NCBI GenBank assembly: GCA_051362555.1 | Contig: CM120645.1 | Coordinates: forward strand, 8,804,001-8,868,000 | Source: Lingula anatina | Lineage: Eukaryota > Animalia > Brachiopoda | Reading direction: 5' to 3' | DNA length: 64,000 nt | Shown: positions 18,063 through 31,356 of the stretch, in pieces | Numbering within the stretch: position 1 is the stretch's first letter | Layout: each line of letters begins with the position of its first letter | Notes under the pieces: generated by a model | The model's database searches: none | Seen by the model: the letters and a program-made list of their open reading frames with translations, nothing else | Told to the model about the DNA's origin: nothing | Program-made: the position numbers and the translations under genes

Positions 18063-19804
18063 TGTCTGTCACGCCTAGTAAAGCTGTAAGGGGGTAATTA
18101 TATTTACCCTCTAGCTTTTCGGTAGAGACTCAGGGAGTTCTAGATGGATCAATCTAGGCATGGGAACCGAGTCATAGCCTCTCCACTGATAACAATCTTT
18201 TTCAAGAATGAGCGTTGTGTTTTGTGTTAAGTAAATGTTGATCCTTGCCTTCTCACTCCCACAGCTGCCCACCGTTGTGCCAGGTCTTCCACCCCCCCCC
18301 CCCCGTAATGTACTAATTCTTAAATCACGGGTGGATTGAGGCTGTCTGCTGGGTCTTCCTGAAGGCGGTCAGATTTTCAAGTTTAAATTGACGAGATCTA
18401 AATATTTCTATCGATAGACGATGAACAAAAAAAAAAAAAAAAAAAAAAATTCATCAACAAAGATTTTACTTTACATTTAAAAGCTGACAAACATTCCAGA
18501 AAAATTACAATTATAGAAAGACAAAAGCATTTTACATGGTGATCTTTCAAACCGCAGCAGTTTTACTTAACAGGGGTGAAGATAATTTGCTTTGGGCTGA
18601 AATGAATTGACGAAATTCTGGAAAGAAGTTCTCGACATTCTACTGGCATTTTATCTAGCACCTCGGATATAAATTCTTATAGATGTGCAGTCGGCTTACC
18701 AAGTACCTTCATAAAGTTGAAATATCAAATGATTTTTCAAAGGAAAACTTTGTTAAATGTAGGACTTTGAAATGCTTAGTAACTACCAGCATGTTTTTAC
18801 ATTTGCAGACATTTCCAGACAGAAGGCCTTTATTTCACACTAAGCCGTTTTGTGATGTATATGTATATTGGACGGATTGAGGCAGTTTTCTGGGTCTTCT
18901 GGAAGACGGCCAGATTTTCAAGTATATAAATTGCGACGTCAGAGTAAATTTTATTTTTGCTATATACAATGTGTGTCCTTTTCCCGTGGGAGATAAACTA
19001 TACCTTAAAAATGGTATTTATCTGTTAAATTTTCTCAAATGTAAAATGTACCTTATATCAATGGCAGAATAAAAAGCAATTTAGTGAGACTCACCAGAGA
19101 GTTCGACCGATCTAGATGGATCGATCTAGGCATGGGAGCACAGTCTTAGTGTTTTTTTTTGGAGGGTGGACGGCCATGACTGCCATGACATTTGACCAGG
19201 AAGGTTGTCAGTCACTTTTCACATAAAGCTGTAAGTAATGTATGTAAAATACCAGTACGAGTTGCAAAGTCGCAAGTGTTTTACCTGGCCTAAACCGTTC
19301 TCTGATTGGCTACTATATGAATATGCTGCTCTTGCGATATTTTACTCATATATGTACTTGTGGTCACATTACCCATGTCTTAGACGAGAGGGAATGAGCG
19401 GAAACCCCTGCCAAGAGACAACACCTGCCTAACACGTGCCTAATCTGTGAAAGAGGAACTATCCAAGATATTTAAAGATATTCATATTAGCCGCCGGGGC
19501 GTGGGAGAAACGGGGTCATTGTGGGGCTAATTTTCTTGCTTTTGCTGTTAAAAATTCAGTTGGAATGACCTATTTTTACAGTGTTGTTTTTCAGTGAAAA
19601 CTAACTGAACGGTTTTCAAATTCGGGATTTTATTTTAATTTATGAAGCGATTTACGGCTTATGAAGTGATTCAAGTCAACTTGATCACTTTTTTTTTGGC
19701 AGCTCCTTTTGTTTGCTGGATCTTACGAAAAAACTAGCAGACTGTGGATTAAATTTGGTCATAAAACGCCAGTCTCTAGTATAGTCTCTCCAACAGTTCA
19801 ATTT

Positions 19805-22800
19805 CTAACAAGAGATTGAAATAGTAAAGTCTCCATCCATGTTTAGAAAACCGTATACACCTATTGCATACGTCCCACTGGGGAGACTTCCTTGAGGAAT
19901 CTGGAGCAAAGAGGTACCACCTGAACAGCCGTTTCCGTCGTCATTGAAGTCCAAACTGTAATCGAAATGGACGTTGCATGTCTGACTTCCACCGGATACA
20001 ACATCATAAATGAGCGAATCACAGTGAAACACAGACAGCATGGTGTCGTAGTCGGCGGTGTTACATGTGGAAATAATGATATCACTGTTTCCAGGGTAAC
20101 TGATGTAATATCGCAGTGGGGCCAGATTATCTTCCACATATTGGTAACTGTCGGAAAAGGTGTAAGCTGTACCATCACACATGACTTTTTGAACATCCGC
20201 TGTAAGTAAAAGCCAATATAACCCACCTTAATTTCCAAAATGCAGAACATAGTGCTATCTTATCTTATCAAAGTACTTCCAAGTACTTTACCCTAAAAAA
20301 AAAAAAAAAAAAAAAAAAAAACTTGTTTTAGCTTTTCCCTTTAAAATTCGTGAAAGGTTTGAACCATTATCCAAAAGCACACTTTATGTGTTGGAATATT
20401 ACTTGATATCCTGTAAATATACGTTGACATATATTGCAAAAGCCCAAGGGTCCAGAATAACATACATATCATATACATAATTATAGCTGAAACGCAAACT
20501 AATAAAATTAAATAAAAGTTCAGATAGGAAAAAGCAGAAGCCATACTCACGACATCGTGTTGTAAGTGCAGCTAAAAAATAAAAGAGATATATTGAAAAG
20601 TTACAATAACAAAAAGTTGCTATATTTGAGTAACATGATTTGTTTTTCTAAGCAGCAAATTACACAACTCTACATCAAGTAAATTTTTCCTGTTTTTTTT
20701 ATCTTGAACTGTGACATACACGGCATTTATTGGCAAAATATTTTTCAAAACGCGTCACATCAGAGTTTATTGATTTTCAAACTGTTGATAGGGAGTGATA
20801 AGCTTATTTTATGCCTAGTTTTATCTTATACTTACGACATGGCGGTACATCTAGGAAGAAAAAGGGAAAGTAACATTATAAACAGAAAGCACCACTTGAA
20901 TTTTAATTATTCAAAAACAGTTGTTATGGAAACATTGGCATCGAAGATGCGATGACAAGTGTGTTTGATTCTTTGATAGGTATAATTTATGCGATTAAAG
21001 AAATGGAGCCATTGGGATAAAAGACAGAATAGTGGAAAAAGATTTACATCAAATTACCAAAAGAAAAAGATATCCAACACTTCTTCTGCAAAGAAAAATT
21101 ATCTAAAATGTTCGATACATCATGATTTGTATTCATATTCATAAAGATAACGCTGTCTTATCAAAAATGCACCGCTGTGCACTTGCTTATTCTCTAGGCT
21201 CACTGATTTATCAGATAAGAGGCGAAAGAGTACCTTTATACAACAATTCACTTTTGCTGAGGTAACCTTTTGCCTAGCTTCAACCCGAAAACTGGGATGG
21301 CCTCTTTGCAACCCCGCAAACGAAATGCGTGCAAATTGTTTGTAAATAATAACTTTTGCTGACTCGGTACGTCACAATTTCGGGTGATGAATCTTGTTGA
21401 ATATATGATATATATTTTTTTATCCCTTAGGCCATTTCATTCAATACAGACAACAATTTGTTACATTGTTAAAATTATTAGGATAGTGGGGTTATATAAT
21501 AAAAGTGGCCTTGTTTTGCCAAAATTCGAACAATCGCTATTTCTTGTTGCCTTCTTTTTTTGCTATGAATGGGACCTTGAAAGTTTGTGGTACACTGGAA
21601 TGGAGGAGACATAAAATTGACTTTTGCTAAGGTAACCTCTTGAATTATCTCAGCTTCAGGTTGAACTTAGCCAAATGGTGACCAAAAGAAAAAGCCTATT
21701 TCCACTTTGTTCCATGATCATGGATTTTCAAGGTATGTGAAAAGAGCGCATATTTATTTATTTATTTATAAATATACCTCTGTGCCAATAAAACAATGTT
21801 TGGTAGTGTCAGAGAAATCAGAAACACTAGAAAGCAATATCACATGTCAGAATGCCAGCGTCAAACAATCCTTCGTGCTTTCTAATTTCAGTGTAAATTT
21901 TTGGTAAACATTGGTTAAGTTCAGATATCTCAAACGCCTCAAAAAAAATAGTTTTGAAACACAAATTATGCCTCTAATTTCCAAAATAGTTCATGATTTA
22001 AGCAAAAATGCACTATATCCTTACCCTTCAAAGAGGGCCATGTGGAAGACAAGTGCACGCTTAGCATGTTCTACACCCTTTAAATTAGGTTCATTATTTT
22101 TATCATTACCATGATTATTATTATCACAATAATTTTTTTTGGGGGGGGAGGGGGGGGCTCTAAAAGACTTTATCTTAAGATCACTTATATTTATATAAGT
22201 ATTTTAAATAAAAAGGGCGAAAAACTAATACGCAAAATGAAGACATTTATAGTGTTTATAACGTATCAAATCCCTTAAAGATAAAGCAGAAGCAGAAGAA
22301 GAAGCAGAATTATAAGCTTCTGTGTAAAAATTGTATAAAATGCACGTTTTTTTTCACAAATGCTGAGTTGCGATTCACTTATCATAATGCAATGAAATTT
22401 AAAACGGCAGTTCTCACCTGGAACGCAGTTTTGGGAGTCTGGGTCAGAAGGGTCCATGATGAATCCTTCATCACACACACATGACCATTTATTTGGACAA
22501 GGTAAGGCTTTACCTTCTTCATTGGTCGTATTCTTGCAGTGTGTCATGTTGTTTTGTTCTGTCTTACAACATCTTGAGTTATCTCCGCACACAGGTTGAC
22601 TCTTTCGAGTTGCTGTAAAATAAGTTGGTCAATGAATGGTTTCATTCTAGGAAATAGTAACAATGTTAATTGGAATGTGTAAGTTTGTCAAACTTGAAGT
22701 ATATACTATAAATTATTCATGTCAATAACAATAGAAGGCCAAATCGTAGTTGAATAAAAGTGTTATGTTTATGAAACAGGGATTGATATAATCTTTGTCA

Positions 22801-23122
22801 TACTAAATAGAAACGGTCAAAAATAAATAAATAAATAAATAAATAAATAAATTGATTAATAAATTAATTTAAAAACCAATTTTCTTTGCACTGTGTAAAC
22901 TTGGTCAAAGCACCATATACAAACATTTTCAAAGGTTTCACTACCTCAGTGTTAGCGTACATTGCGCATTTATTTTTTATTTTGAAATCAGTCGTGAAAA
23001 TTTAAAATAGCCATTTTGAAATTAAATGGGAGTGAACACATACCTTTAAAAGCACCATCAACTGCATACGCACATAGTGACAAAATGGACATTAGAACAA
23101 AAAGAAGCACCGGGCTGTTCAT
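19805..23122 (-). CDS. Secreted protein, paralog A: signal peptide + Cys-rich TIL/EGF-like module + PPC-like domain (5 exons, ~234 aa)
   Basis: Minus-strand exons: 23122-23044 (MNSPVLLFVLMSILSLCAYAVDGAFK), 22612-22418 (CGDNSRCC...CPNKWSCVCDEGFIMD...NCVP), 20850-20836 (15 nt), 20571-20551 (21 nt), 20199-19805 (…STCNTADYDTMLSVF…FNDDGNGC…SGTYAIGVYGF…ISC*). All introns are GT-AG and phase 1, giving 705 nt open. The structure is conserved in paralog B. Confidence 0.85.
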
Positions 23123-23201
23123 CTTCACGTTCGGTTCTAAAGCTGCTTCTGCTGATGAAGTCAAGGAATGTGGATCCGTTGAAGGGCTCAATGGACTGAA
23201 C

Positions 23202-23209
23202 CTTATATA
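23202..23209 (-). promoter_or_regulatory. TATA box of paralog A
   Basis: TATATAAG on the minus strand ~80 bp upstream of the ATG, conserved in paralog B. Confidence 0.6.
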
Positions 23210-25062
23210 GGTTATTCCCAATGTTTGCCGTTACTGTTTGAGAGATTTTAACCAATCATATACTCGGAAAATAACATTACATAACTTTATACCTCTGTCC
23301 TCTGCACTGCTGTACCTAGAAATTGTTACTTGCTGATATTGGAACTATTTTACGTATAATCTTTCCTGGCCCAACAGATGGTTATAGGAATAGATCTGAG
23401 TATCTCTCTCTCTGCAATATTTAGTGCCATTACGAAAAGAGGAATAGCTGATGCGAGATATTTTGCCATTTCAAGGTAGGGTAAGAACTCGTCAAGGTTT
23501 GCCCTTATGACCCTCTATAGTTAAAAAAATTTAAGTAAAGTATCTTCACAAGTATAGACAAAAACAAACACTCCAGTATCTTCACGACACAGTTTAGGGG
23601 GCTTAATATCGTCGCCATTACTTTCAACGATGGAATTATTGATAATTTTGGCTATACCGTAAGTCCTATCAGTGCCAGTCTTTGCGAGTATTTGGATCGA
23701 TCTATCTCCTTGGGGAGTCTTACTAAATTGTTATCAACTTAACCCGCTTTAATGTCTGTCACGCCTAGTAAAGCTGTAAGGGGGTAATTATCTTTACCCC
23801 CTAGTTGATTCGGCAGAGACTCCCCAGGGAGTTCTAGATGGATCGATCTAGGCATGGGAACCCAGTCATAGCCTCTCCACTGATAACCATCTTTTTCAAG
23901 AATGTGCGTTGTGTTTTGTGTTAGACCCCGTACGTGAGGTAAATGTTGATCCTTGCCTTCTCATTCCCACAGCTGCCCACCGATGTGTCAGGTCCTCTAA
24001 CCCCCCACCCCCACCCCCCACCCCGCGTAATGTACTAATTCTTAAATCACGGGTGGATTGAGTCTGTCTGCTGGGTCTTCCGGAAGGCGGTCAGATTTTC
24101 AAGTTTAAATTGACGAGATCTAAATATTTCTATCGATAGACGATGAACAAAAGAAAATACATCAACAAAGATTTTACTTTACATTTAAAAGCTGACAAAC
24201 ATTCCAGAAAAAGTACAATTATAGAAAGACAAGAGCATCTTACATGGTGATCTTTCAAACCGCAGCAGTTTTGCTTAACAGGGGTGAAGATAATTTGCTT
24301 TGGGGTGAAATGAATTGAAGAAATTCAGGAAAGAAGTTCCCGACATTCTACTGGCATTTTATCTGGCACCTCGGATATAAATTCCTATAGATGTGCAGTC
24401 GGCTTACCAAGTACCTTCATAAAATTGAAATATCAAATTATTTTTCAAAGGAAAACTTTGTGTAATGTAGGACTTTGAAGTGCTTAGTGACTACCAGTAT
24501 GTTTTTAAATTTGTAGACATTTCCAGACAGAAGGCCTTTATTTCACACTAAGCCGTTTTGTGGTGTATGTGTATATTGGTATCTTTGCCAGAGGCGGATT
24601 GAGGCCGTCTTCTGGGTCTTATTGAAGACGGTCAGATTTTCAAGTTTACAAATTGCGACGTCAGAGTAAATTTTATTTTCGTTATGTACACCAGCTGTGC
24701 GTCCTTTTCCCGTGGGAGATACACTGTACCTTAAATGAGGTATCTATCTGTTAAATGTTCACAAAATGTAAAATAAGAAGGGAGGGGGGCTCAGAAAAAA
24801 TCTGAAAAAAAAAATTATTGACTCACAGTTCTTAACCGTGCCAAATGGCACCGTTCGTAAAACACATAAAAATTTAGGGTACCGCTGAGGGCGAGGTGGG
24901 GAGGGGCGGCTTCGCATCCGCTTTCAAATAATCTTGGATCCACCCCTGCTTGTATGCTTTCTGAATGTGTCAATTATCATGCTGATACTCGATAGAAATA
25001 TTGCAGCATGCCACTGCAGTCCCATTTTCGAACAGGGGTAATCGAATTTCAATATAGGCCTA

Positions 25063-25305
25063 GGGACCATTCCCACAGATATTTGGATCGATCTATCTGG
25101 GGAGTCTCACAAAATTGTTATCAACTTAACCGGCTTAAATGTCTGTCACGTCTAGTAAAGCTGTAAGGGGGCAATTATCTTTACCCCCTAGCTGATTCGG
25201 TAGGCGTGCCAGACATTTAAGCCGGTTAGTTGATAGCAAGTTAGTGAGACTCCCCAGGGAGTTAGACCGATCTAGATGGATCGATCTAGGCATGGGAACC
25301 CAGTC
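25063..25305 (-). mobile_element. MITE family A, full palindromic copy (partial copies at 18061-18175, 19075-19150, 23690-23870)
   Basis: Ends GGGACCATTCCCA…TGGGAACCCAGTC, flanked by CTA/TTA. Long inverted arms gatcgatc..ctggggagtctcac / gtgagactccccag..gatcgatc. Reverse homolog of 13580-13799. Confidence 0.8.
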
Positions 25306-25828
25306 TTAGTGTTTTTTGGAGGGTAGACGGAGGTCAGCCATGACCTTTGACGAGGAAGGATGTCAGTCACTTTTCACATATAGCTGTAAGTAATGTATGT
25401 AAAATAGCAGTACGAGTTGCAAAGTCGTAAGTGATTTTTTTTACCTATCCGTTCTCTGATTGGCTACTACATTATTTCACTCATACATGTACTTGTATTC
25501 ACATTACCCATGTCTTGGATGAGAGAGAATAAGCGGAAACCCATGCCAAGACACAACACCTACATGTACATTTTACCAGTCGATAATTCTATGTGGGGAT
25601 ATTAAAAAAAATTATTGTTATACATAGATAATAATGGTACAGAAAATCTCATATTATCTGACAACTAAAAACATGTAACAGGAGTGTCAGTTAGCCCTGA
25701 AGAGATTGATTAATTGGTTAACTGATTGATATAATATATAGAAAAAATTAACCATATATAAATACTACAAAAGTTTGGACGATAGAACGAACTATGCATG
25801 TGCAGAATTGATTGATATGATATTTCAA

Positions 25829-26215
25829 TATTGGATTCTTTTTTGCTATTAAATTGTTTTAAAGAAACTGGTTGAATTAATATTTTAATACTGATTGAAC
25901 TCTTTAATGGCAATGAGCTATCTTAAAAAACCAGTTTAGATTTAATATTTTAGTCATTGAATTTTTCTTTTATGTTTAATTGTCATAATGTAATTGGGCT
26001 TTTGTCACAATTTGAAAACTTGCCGGTATATGTAAAATCCAACTTTTGGATGCAAGATATAAAATTTCAATACTAATTGGATTCTTTTCTAAATTGAACT
26101 ATTTTAAAAAGCAGTTTAGATTGAATGTTTTAATCAGTGAATTCTTCTTTTATGTTTAATTGCCATAATGAATTTTCGCGCTTACATGTAAAATCCAACT
26201 TTTGGTTGCAAGAAT
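25829..26215 (+). repeat. Local AT-rich direct repeats inserted in duplication copy B
   Basis: cagtttagatt…ttcttttatgtttaattg.cataatg and atgtaaaatccaacttttgg.tgcaaga each occur twice. They are absent from the equivalent position of copy A. Confidence 0.7.
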
Positions 26216-26520
26216 AAACATTATTATTATTCATAAAATCGGGGGCAATTTTCCTGCTCTTGCTTTTATAAATCCAATTGGAAGGACCCTTCTTACGGTA
26301 TTGTTCTTCAGTTAAAACTATAACTAAACGGTTTTCAAATTAAGAATTTTATTTTAATTAATGTAATGATTAATGGCTTATAAAGTGATTCAACTCAACT
26401 TGACCACTTTTCTGGCAGCTCCATCTGTTTGCTGGCTTTTACAATAAACTTAACACACTGTGGATTAAATTTGGTCATAAAATGTCAGTCTCTAGTATAG
26501 TCTCTCCAACATTTCAATTT

Positions 26521-27822
26521 CTAACAAGAGATAGAAACCGTAAAGCTTCCATCCAAAAAGAAAACCCCATATACACCGATTGCATACGTCCCACTGGGGA
26601 GACGGCCTTGCGGAATCTGGAGCACAGAGGTACCACCTGAACAGCCATTTCCGTCGTCATTGTAGAACAAACTGTAATCTTCATGGACGTTGCATGTCTG
26701 ACTTCCACCGGATACAATATTATACATTATTGCATCACAGTCAAATAAGGCCAGCATGCTGTCGTAGTTGGCGGCATTACATGTGGAGATTATGATATCA
26801 CTGTTTCCGGGGTAACTGATGTAGTATCGCAGTGGGGCCAGATTATCTTCCACATATTGGTATCTGTCGGAAAATATGTGATTTGTACCATCACACATGA
26901 CTTGTTGAACATCCGCTGTAAGAAAAAATCCAATATAACCCACCTCAATTACCAAATTGCAAAATATAGTTATCTAATCTTATCCAAGTACTTAATTTAG
27001 ACCCTTACATATAAAAAATTGAAAATTGTTCAATCTTTTCTCTCTAGTATTCGTGAGTTTGAACCATTATCCAAAAGCATACTTTATGTGTTGGAGTATT
27101 ATTTAATTTTCTGTAAATATACGCTGAAATATATTGCAAAAGCCCACAGGTCAGATTATCATACATATCACATACATAATTATAGCTGAAACGGAAACTA
27201 ATACAATTTACAGATTGGAAATAACGGAAGCCACTTTGTTCTAAACTTGACGTCATACTTACGACATTGAGTTGTAATTGCAGCTGAAATATAAGAAAAG
27301 TATATAAAAAAGTTACACTAATGATATGGTATATTTAAGTAAAATGAACTTTCTTTTCTTAGCAGCAAATCACCCAATTCTACCGCCATGCAACTTTTCC
27401 TGTTTTTTTTTAAATTTGTTTTATTTTAAACGAGTCTAGCTTAAACCGTGACATAACATTAATTTGGAAAATATTTCTATATAGGTCACATCATGGTTTA
27501 TTGATTTTAAAAATGTTTATAGAGAGTGATAAGCTTAATTTATTCCAAGTTTTATCTTATACTTACGACATGTCGGCATATCTAGGAGGAAAAAAGGAAA
27601 GTAATATTGTTAACAGAAAGCACCACTTGAATTTTTAATTATTCAAAAACAGTTGTCATGGAAACATTGGCATTTTCATAATCCAGGATGCGATGACAAG
27701 TGTGTTCGATGCTGTGATAGGTACAGTATATGTGATTAAAGAAATGGAGCCATTGGGATAAAAGAAAGAATAATGGAAAAAGTTTTATATCAAATTAGCA
27801 AAAAAAAAAAAAAAAAAAAAAA

Positions 27823-27859
<37 letters not shown>

Positions 27860-28895
27860 CATTACTTTCGCAATGAAAAACTATCCAAAGGGTTCAATAT
27901 GTTATAATTAGTATTCATTTCCGTTAAGATAATGCTGTCTTATCAAAAATGCACCATGGTGCACTTGCTTATTCTAGGCTCGCTGATTTATCGGATAAGA
28001 GTGCCTTTATAATATATTTCACTTTTGCTGAGGTCACCTTTTGCATAGCTTCAACCTGAAAACTGGGATGGCCTCTTTGCCACCTCACAAATGTGTCTGT
28101 CCAAATTGTTTGTAAATAATAACTTTTGCTGACTCGGTGCGTCACAATTTCAGGATGATTAATCTTATTGAATATATACCATATATTTTTTATTCCTAAG
28201 GCCATAACTTTGCATACAGACAACAATTTGTTACATTGTTTAAAGTATTGGGATATTACATAATAAAAGTGGTCTTGTTTGGCAAAATCTCATACAATCG
28301 CTATTTCTTGTTGCCTTTTCTTTTGCTGTGAATGCTACTTTGAAAGTTTGTGGTACACTGGGATGAAGCAGACATAAAATTGATTTTTGCTGAGGTCATC
28401 TCTTGAATTATCCCAGGTCCAGGTTGAACCTAGCCAAATGGTGACCAAAAGAGAAAGCCTATTTCCACTTTGTTCCATGATCATGATTTATGAAGGCATG
28501 TGAAAAGAGCGCACATTTATTTATTTATTTTTTTTTAATTTACCCCTGTGTCAATAAAACAATGTTTGGTAGTGTCAAAGAAATCAGAAACACCACAAAG
28601 CAATAAAACATGTCTGAATGCCAGCCTCAAACGATCCTCCATGCTTTTTTATTTCAATGTATTTTTTGGTAAACATTGGTTCAGTCCAGATATCTCAAAC
28701 ACCTCAAAAGAAGTGGGTTTTGAAACACAAATTATGCCTCTAATTTCCAAAATAGTTCATGATTTAAGCAAAAATGCACTATATCCTTACCCTTCAAAGA
28801 GGGCCATGTGGAAGACAAGTGCACGCTTAGCATGTTTTATAACCTTTAAATTAGGTTCATTCTTTTTATCATTACCATGATTATTATTATCACAA

Positions 28896-28926
<31 letters not shown>

Positions 28927-29826
28927 TTCTAAAAGACTTTATCTTAAGATCACTTATATTTACATAAGTATTTTAAATAAAAAGGGCGAAAAAAACTAAT
29001 ACGCAAAATGAAGACCTTTATAGTGTTTATAACGTATCAAATCCCTTAAAGATAAAGCAGAAGCAGAAGCAGAATTATAAGCTTCTGTATAAAAATTGTA
29101 TAAAGCGCATTGTTTTTTCACAAATGCTGAGTTGCGATTCACTTATCATTATGCAATGAAATTTAAAACGGCAGTTCTCACCTGGAACGCAGTTTTGCGA
29201 GTCTGGATCAGAAGGGTCCATCATGTATCCTTCATCACACACACATGACCATTTATTTGGACAAGGTAAGGCTTTACCTTCTTCATTGGTCGTATTCTTG
29301 CAGTGTGTCATGTTGTTTTGTTCTGTCTTACAACATTTTGAGTTATCCCCGCACACAGGTTGACTCTTTCGAGTTGCTGTAAAATAAGTTGGTCAATGAA
29401 TGGTGTTATTCTAGGAAATAGTAACAATGTTAATTGGAATATTTAGCTTTGTAAAACGTAAACTAAATACTATGAATTATTCATGTTTATAAGAATAGAA
29501 GGCCAAGTCGTGGTCGAATAATAGTATTATGTTTATGAAACAGAGACTGATATAATGTTTGTCTTTCTAAACATAAACGAAAAAAAATTCTTTTCACTGT
29601 GTAAACTTGTAAAGTACCATTTAAAAATATTTTAAAGGTTTCACTACCTTATTGTAAGCGTACATGGTGCATTTGTTTTTTTTAATTTTGAAATCAGTCG
29701 TGAAAATTCAAAACTGCCATTTTGAAATTTAAAAAGGAGTTGACACTTACCTATAAAAGCACCATCAACTGCATACGCACATAGTGACAAAATGGACAAA
29801 AGAACAAAAAGCACCGGGCTGGTCAT
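26521..29826 (-). CDS. Secreted protein, paralog B: signal peptide + TIL/EGF-like + PPC-like domain (5 exons, ~233 aa)
   Basis: Minus-strand exons: 29826-29751 (alternative ATG at 29832), 29376-29182, 27581-27567 (15 nt), 27283-27263 (21 nt), 26915-26521. Internal and last exon sizes and all phases match paralog A, and the frame is open. Confidence 0.85.
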
Positions 29827-29916
29827 CTTCATGTTCAGTTCTGAAGCTGCTTCTGGATAATTGCTGATGAAGTCAGGAAGAATGTGGATCCCTTGAAGGG
29901 CTAGAGCAGACTGAGC

Positions 29917-29924
29917 CTTATATA
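29917..29924 (-). promoter_or_regulatory. TATA box of paralog B
   Basis: TATATAAG on the minus strand upstream of the ATG, at the position homologous to paralog A. Confidence 0.6.
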
Positions 29925-31356
29925 GGTTATTCCCAATGTTTGCCATTACTGTTTTAGAGATTTTAACCAATCATATACTCGGAAAATGACATTACATAAG
30001 GATATGTCTTTTGTCCTCTGTACTTCTAGACACAGTAAGTGTTAGATGATAATATTGGAACTATTTTACATATAATCCTTCCTGGCCTAACAGATGGTTA
30101 CACAAGTGCTTTGGAGTATCTTTTTCTTTCTTTCTCTCCAATATTTAGTGCAAAATTAACCAAGATATGGTGTTAAGGGTATTCTAAAGTCTTGGTAAAT
30201 ATGATTCGATGCGAGATATTTTGCCATTTCAAGGTAGAGTAAATAACTAGTCAAAGTTTGCCTTTATGACCTTCTATAGGTTTTAGAAATAGATATAGTT
30301 CAAAGGATTTTAAGTCAAGCATCTTCACAAGTACACACAAAAACAAACACTCTAGTATCTTCACGAAACAGTCCAGGGGGCTTTACTTTAAACGATGGAC
30401 TTATTGATTATTAAGAGTGTACTATAAGTCCTATCCGTGTCAGTCTTAGACCCCGTACTTGTAGTAAAGGCTGATCTCTGCCTACTCATTCCCACAGCTG
30501 CCCTCCCATGTGCCAGGATCTCCAACATCCCCTAATACTTAATTCAGGGGTGGATTGTAGGCTGTCTGCTGGGTCTTCCGGAAGGCGGTCAGATTTTCAA
30601 GTTTAAATTGACGAGATCTAAATATTTCTATCGATAGACGATGAACAAAAGAAAATACATCAACAAAGATTTTACTTTACATTTAAAAGCTGACAAACAT
30701 TCCAGAAAAAGTACAAATATAGAAAGACAAGAGCATCTTACATGGTGATCTTTCAAACCGCAGCAGTTTTACTTAACAGGGGTGAAGATAATTTGCTTTG
30801 GGGTGAAATGAATTGAAGAAATTCAGGAAAGAAGTTCCCGACATTCTACTGGCATTTTATCTGGCACCTCGGATATAAATTCCTATAGATGTGCAGTCGG
30901 CTTACCAAGTACCTTCATAAAATTGAAATATCAGATGATTTTTCAAAGGAAAACTTTGTGTAATGTAGGACTTTGTAGTGCTTAGTGACTACCAGTATGT
31001 TTTGCAGACATTTCCAGACAGAAGGCCTTTATTTCACACTAAGCTGTTTGGCTTGGTTTATCATTATCAGGGATAGAAATGTTTCAAGTTGAAATAAAGG
31101 AGTAAGTGTAAAAATTCCTCGACGAAATTCTACGTTACTTGTCTCCTCTATTATCACCACAGCAATCTTATCTAACTTTCCACACCGCTGTTCGGTGTCT
31201 TGGCCGATCCGGACCGATCAAATTACTTGTATATTTGACATGTTTTTGTTGACAACCAAATTGAGGATTGTAAATCTACAGCATTTGACTGTCGATACCC
31301 AGCTGTTCAGATGTTCGGTTCTGTATACTTCAATCTTTAAAGTTTATACTGCACTA

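Noticed and set aside
19805-20199. Bacterial contamination as the source of the PPC-like exon
   Set aside because: It is joined by canonical spliceosomal introns to animal-type exons and embedded among animal transposons next to FANCD2.
21911-28880. Similar plus-strand ORFs (FETQIMPLISKIVHDLSK…) in both duplicates
   Set aside because: These are intronic sequence in the near-identical tract. The similarity reflects DNA identity, and their starts differ.
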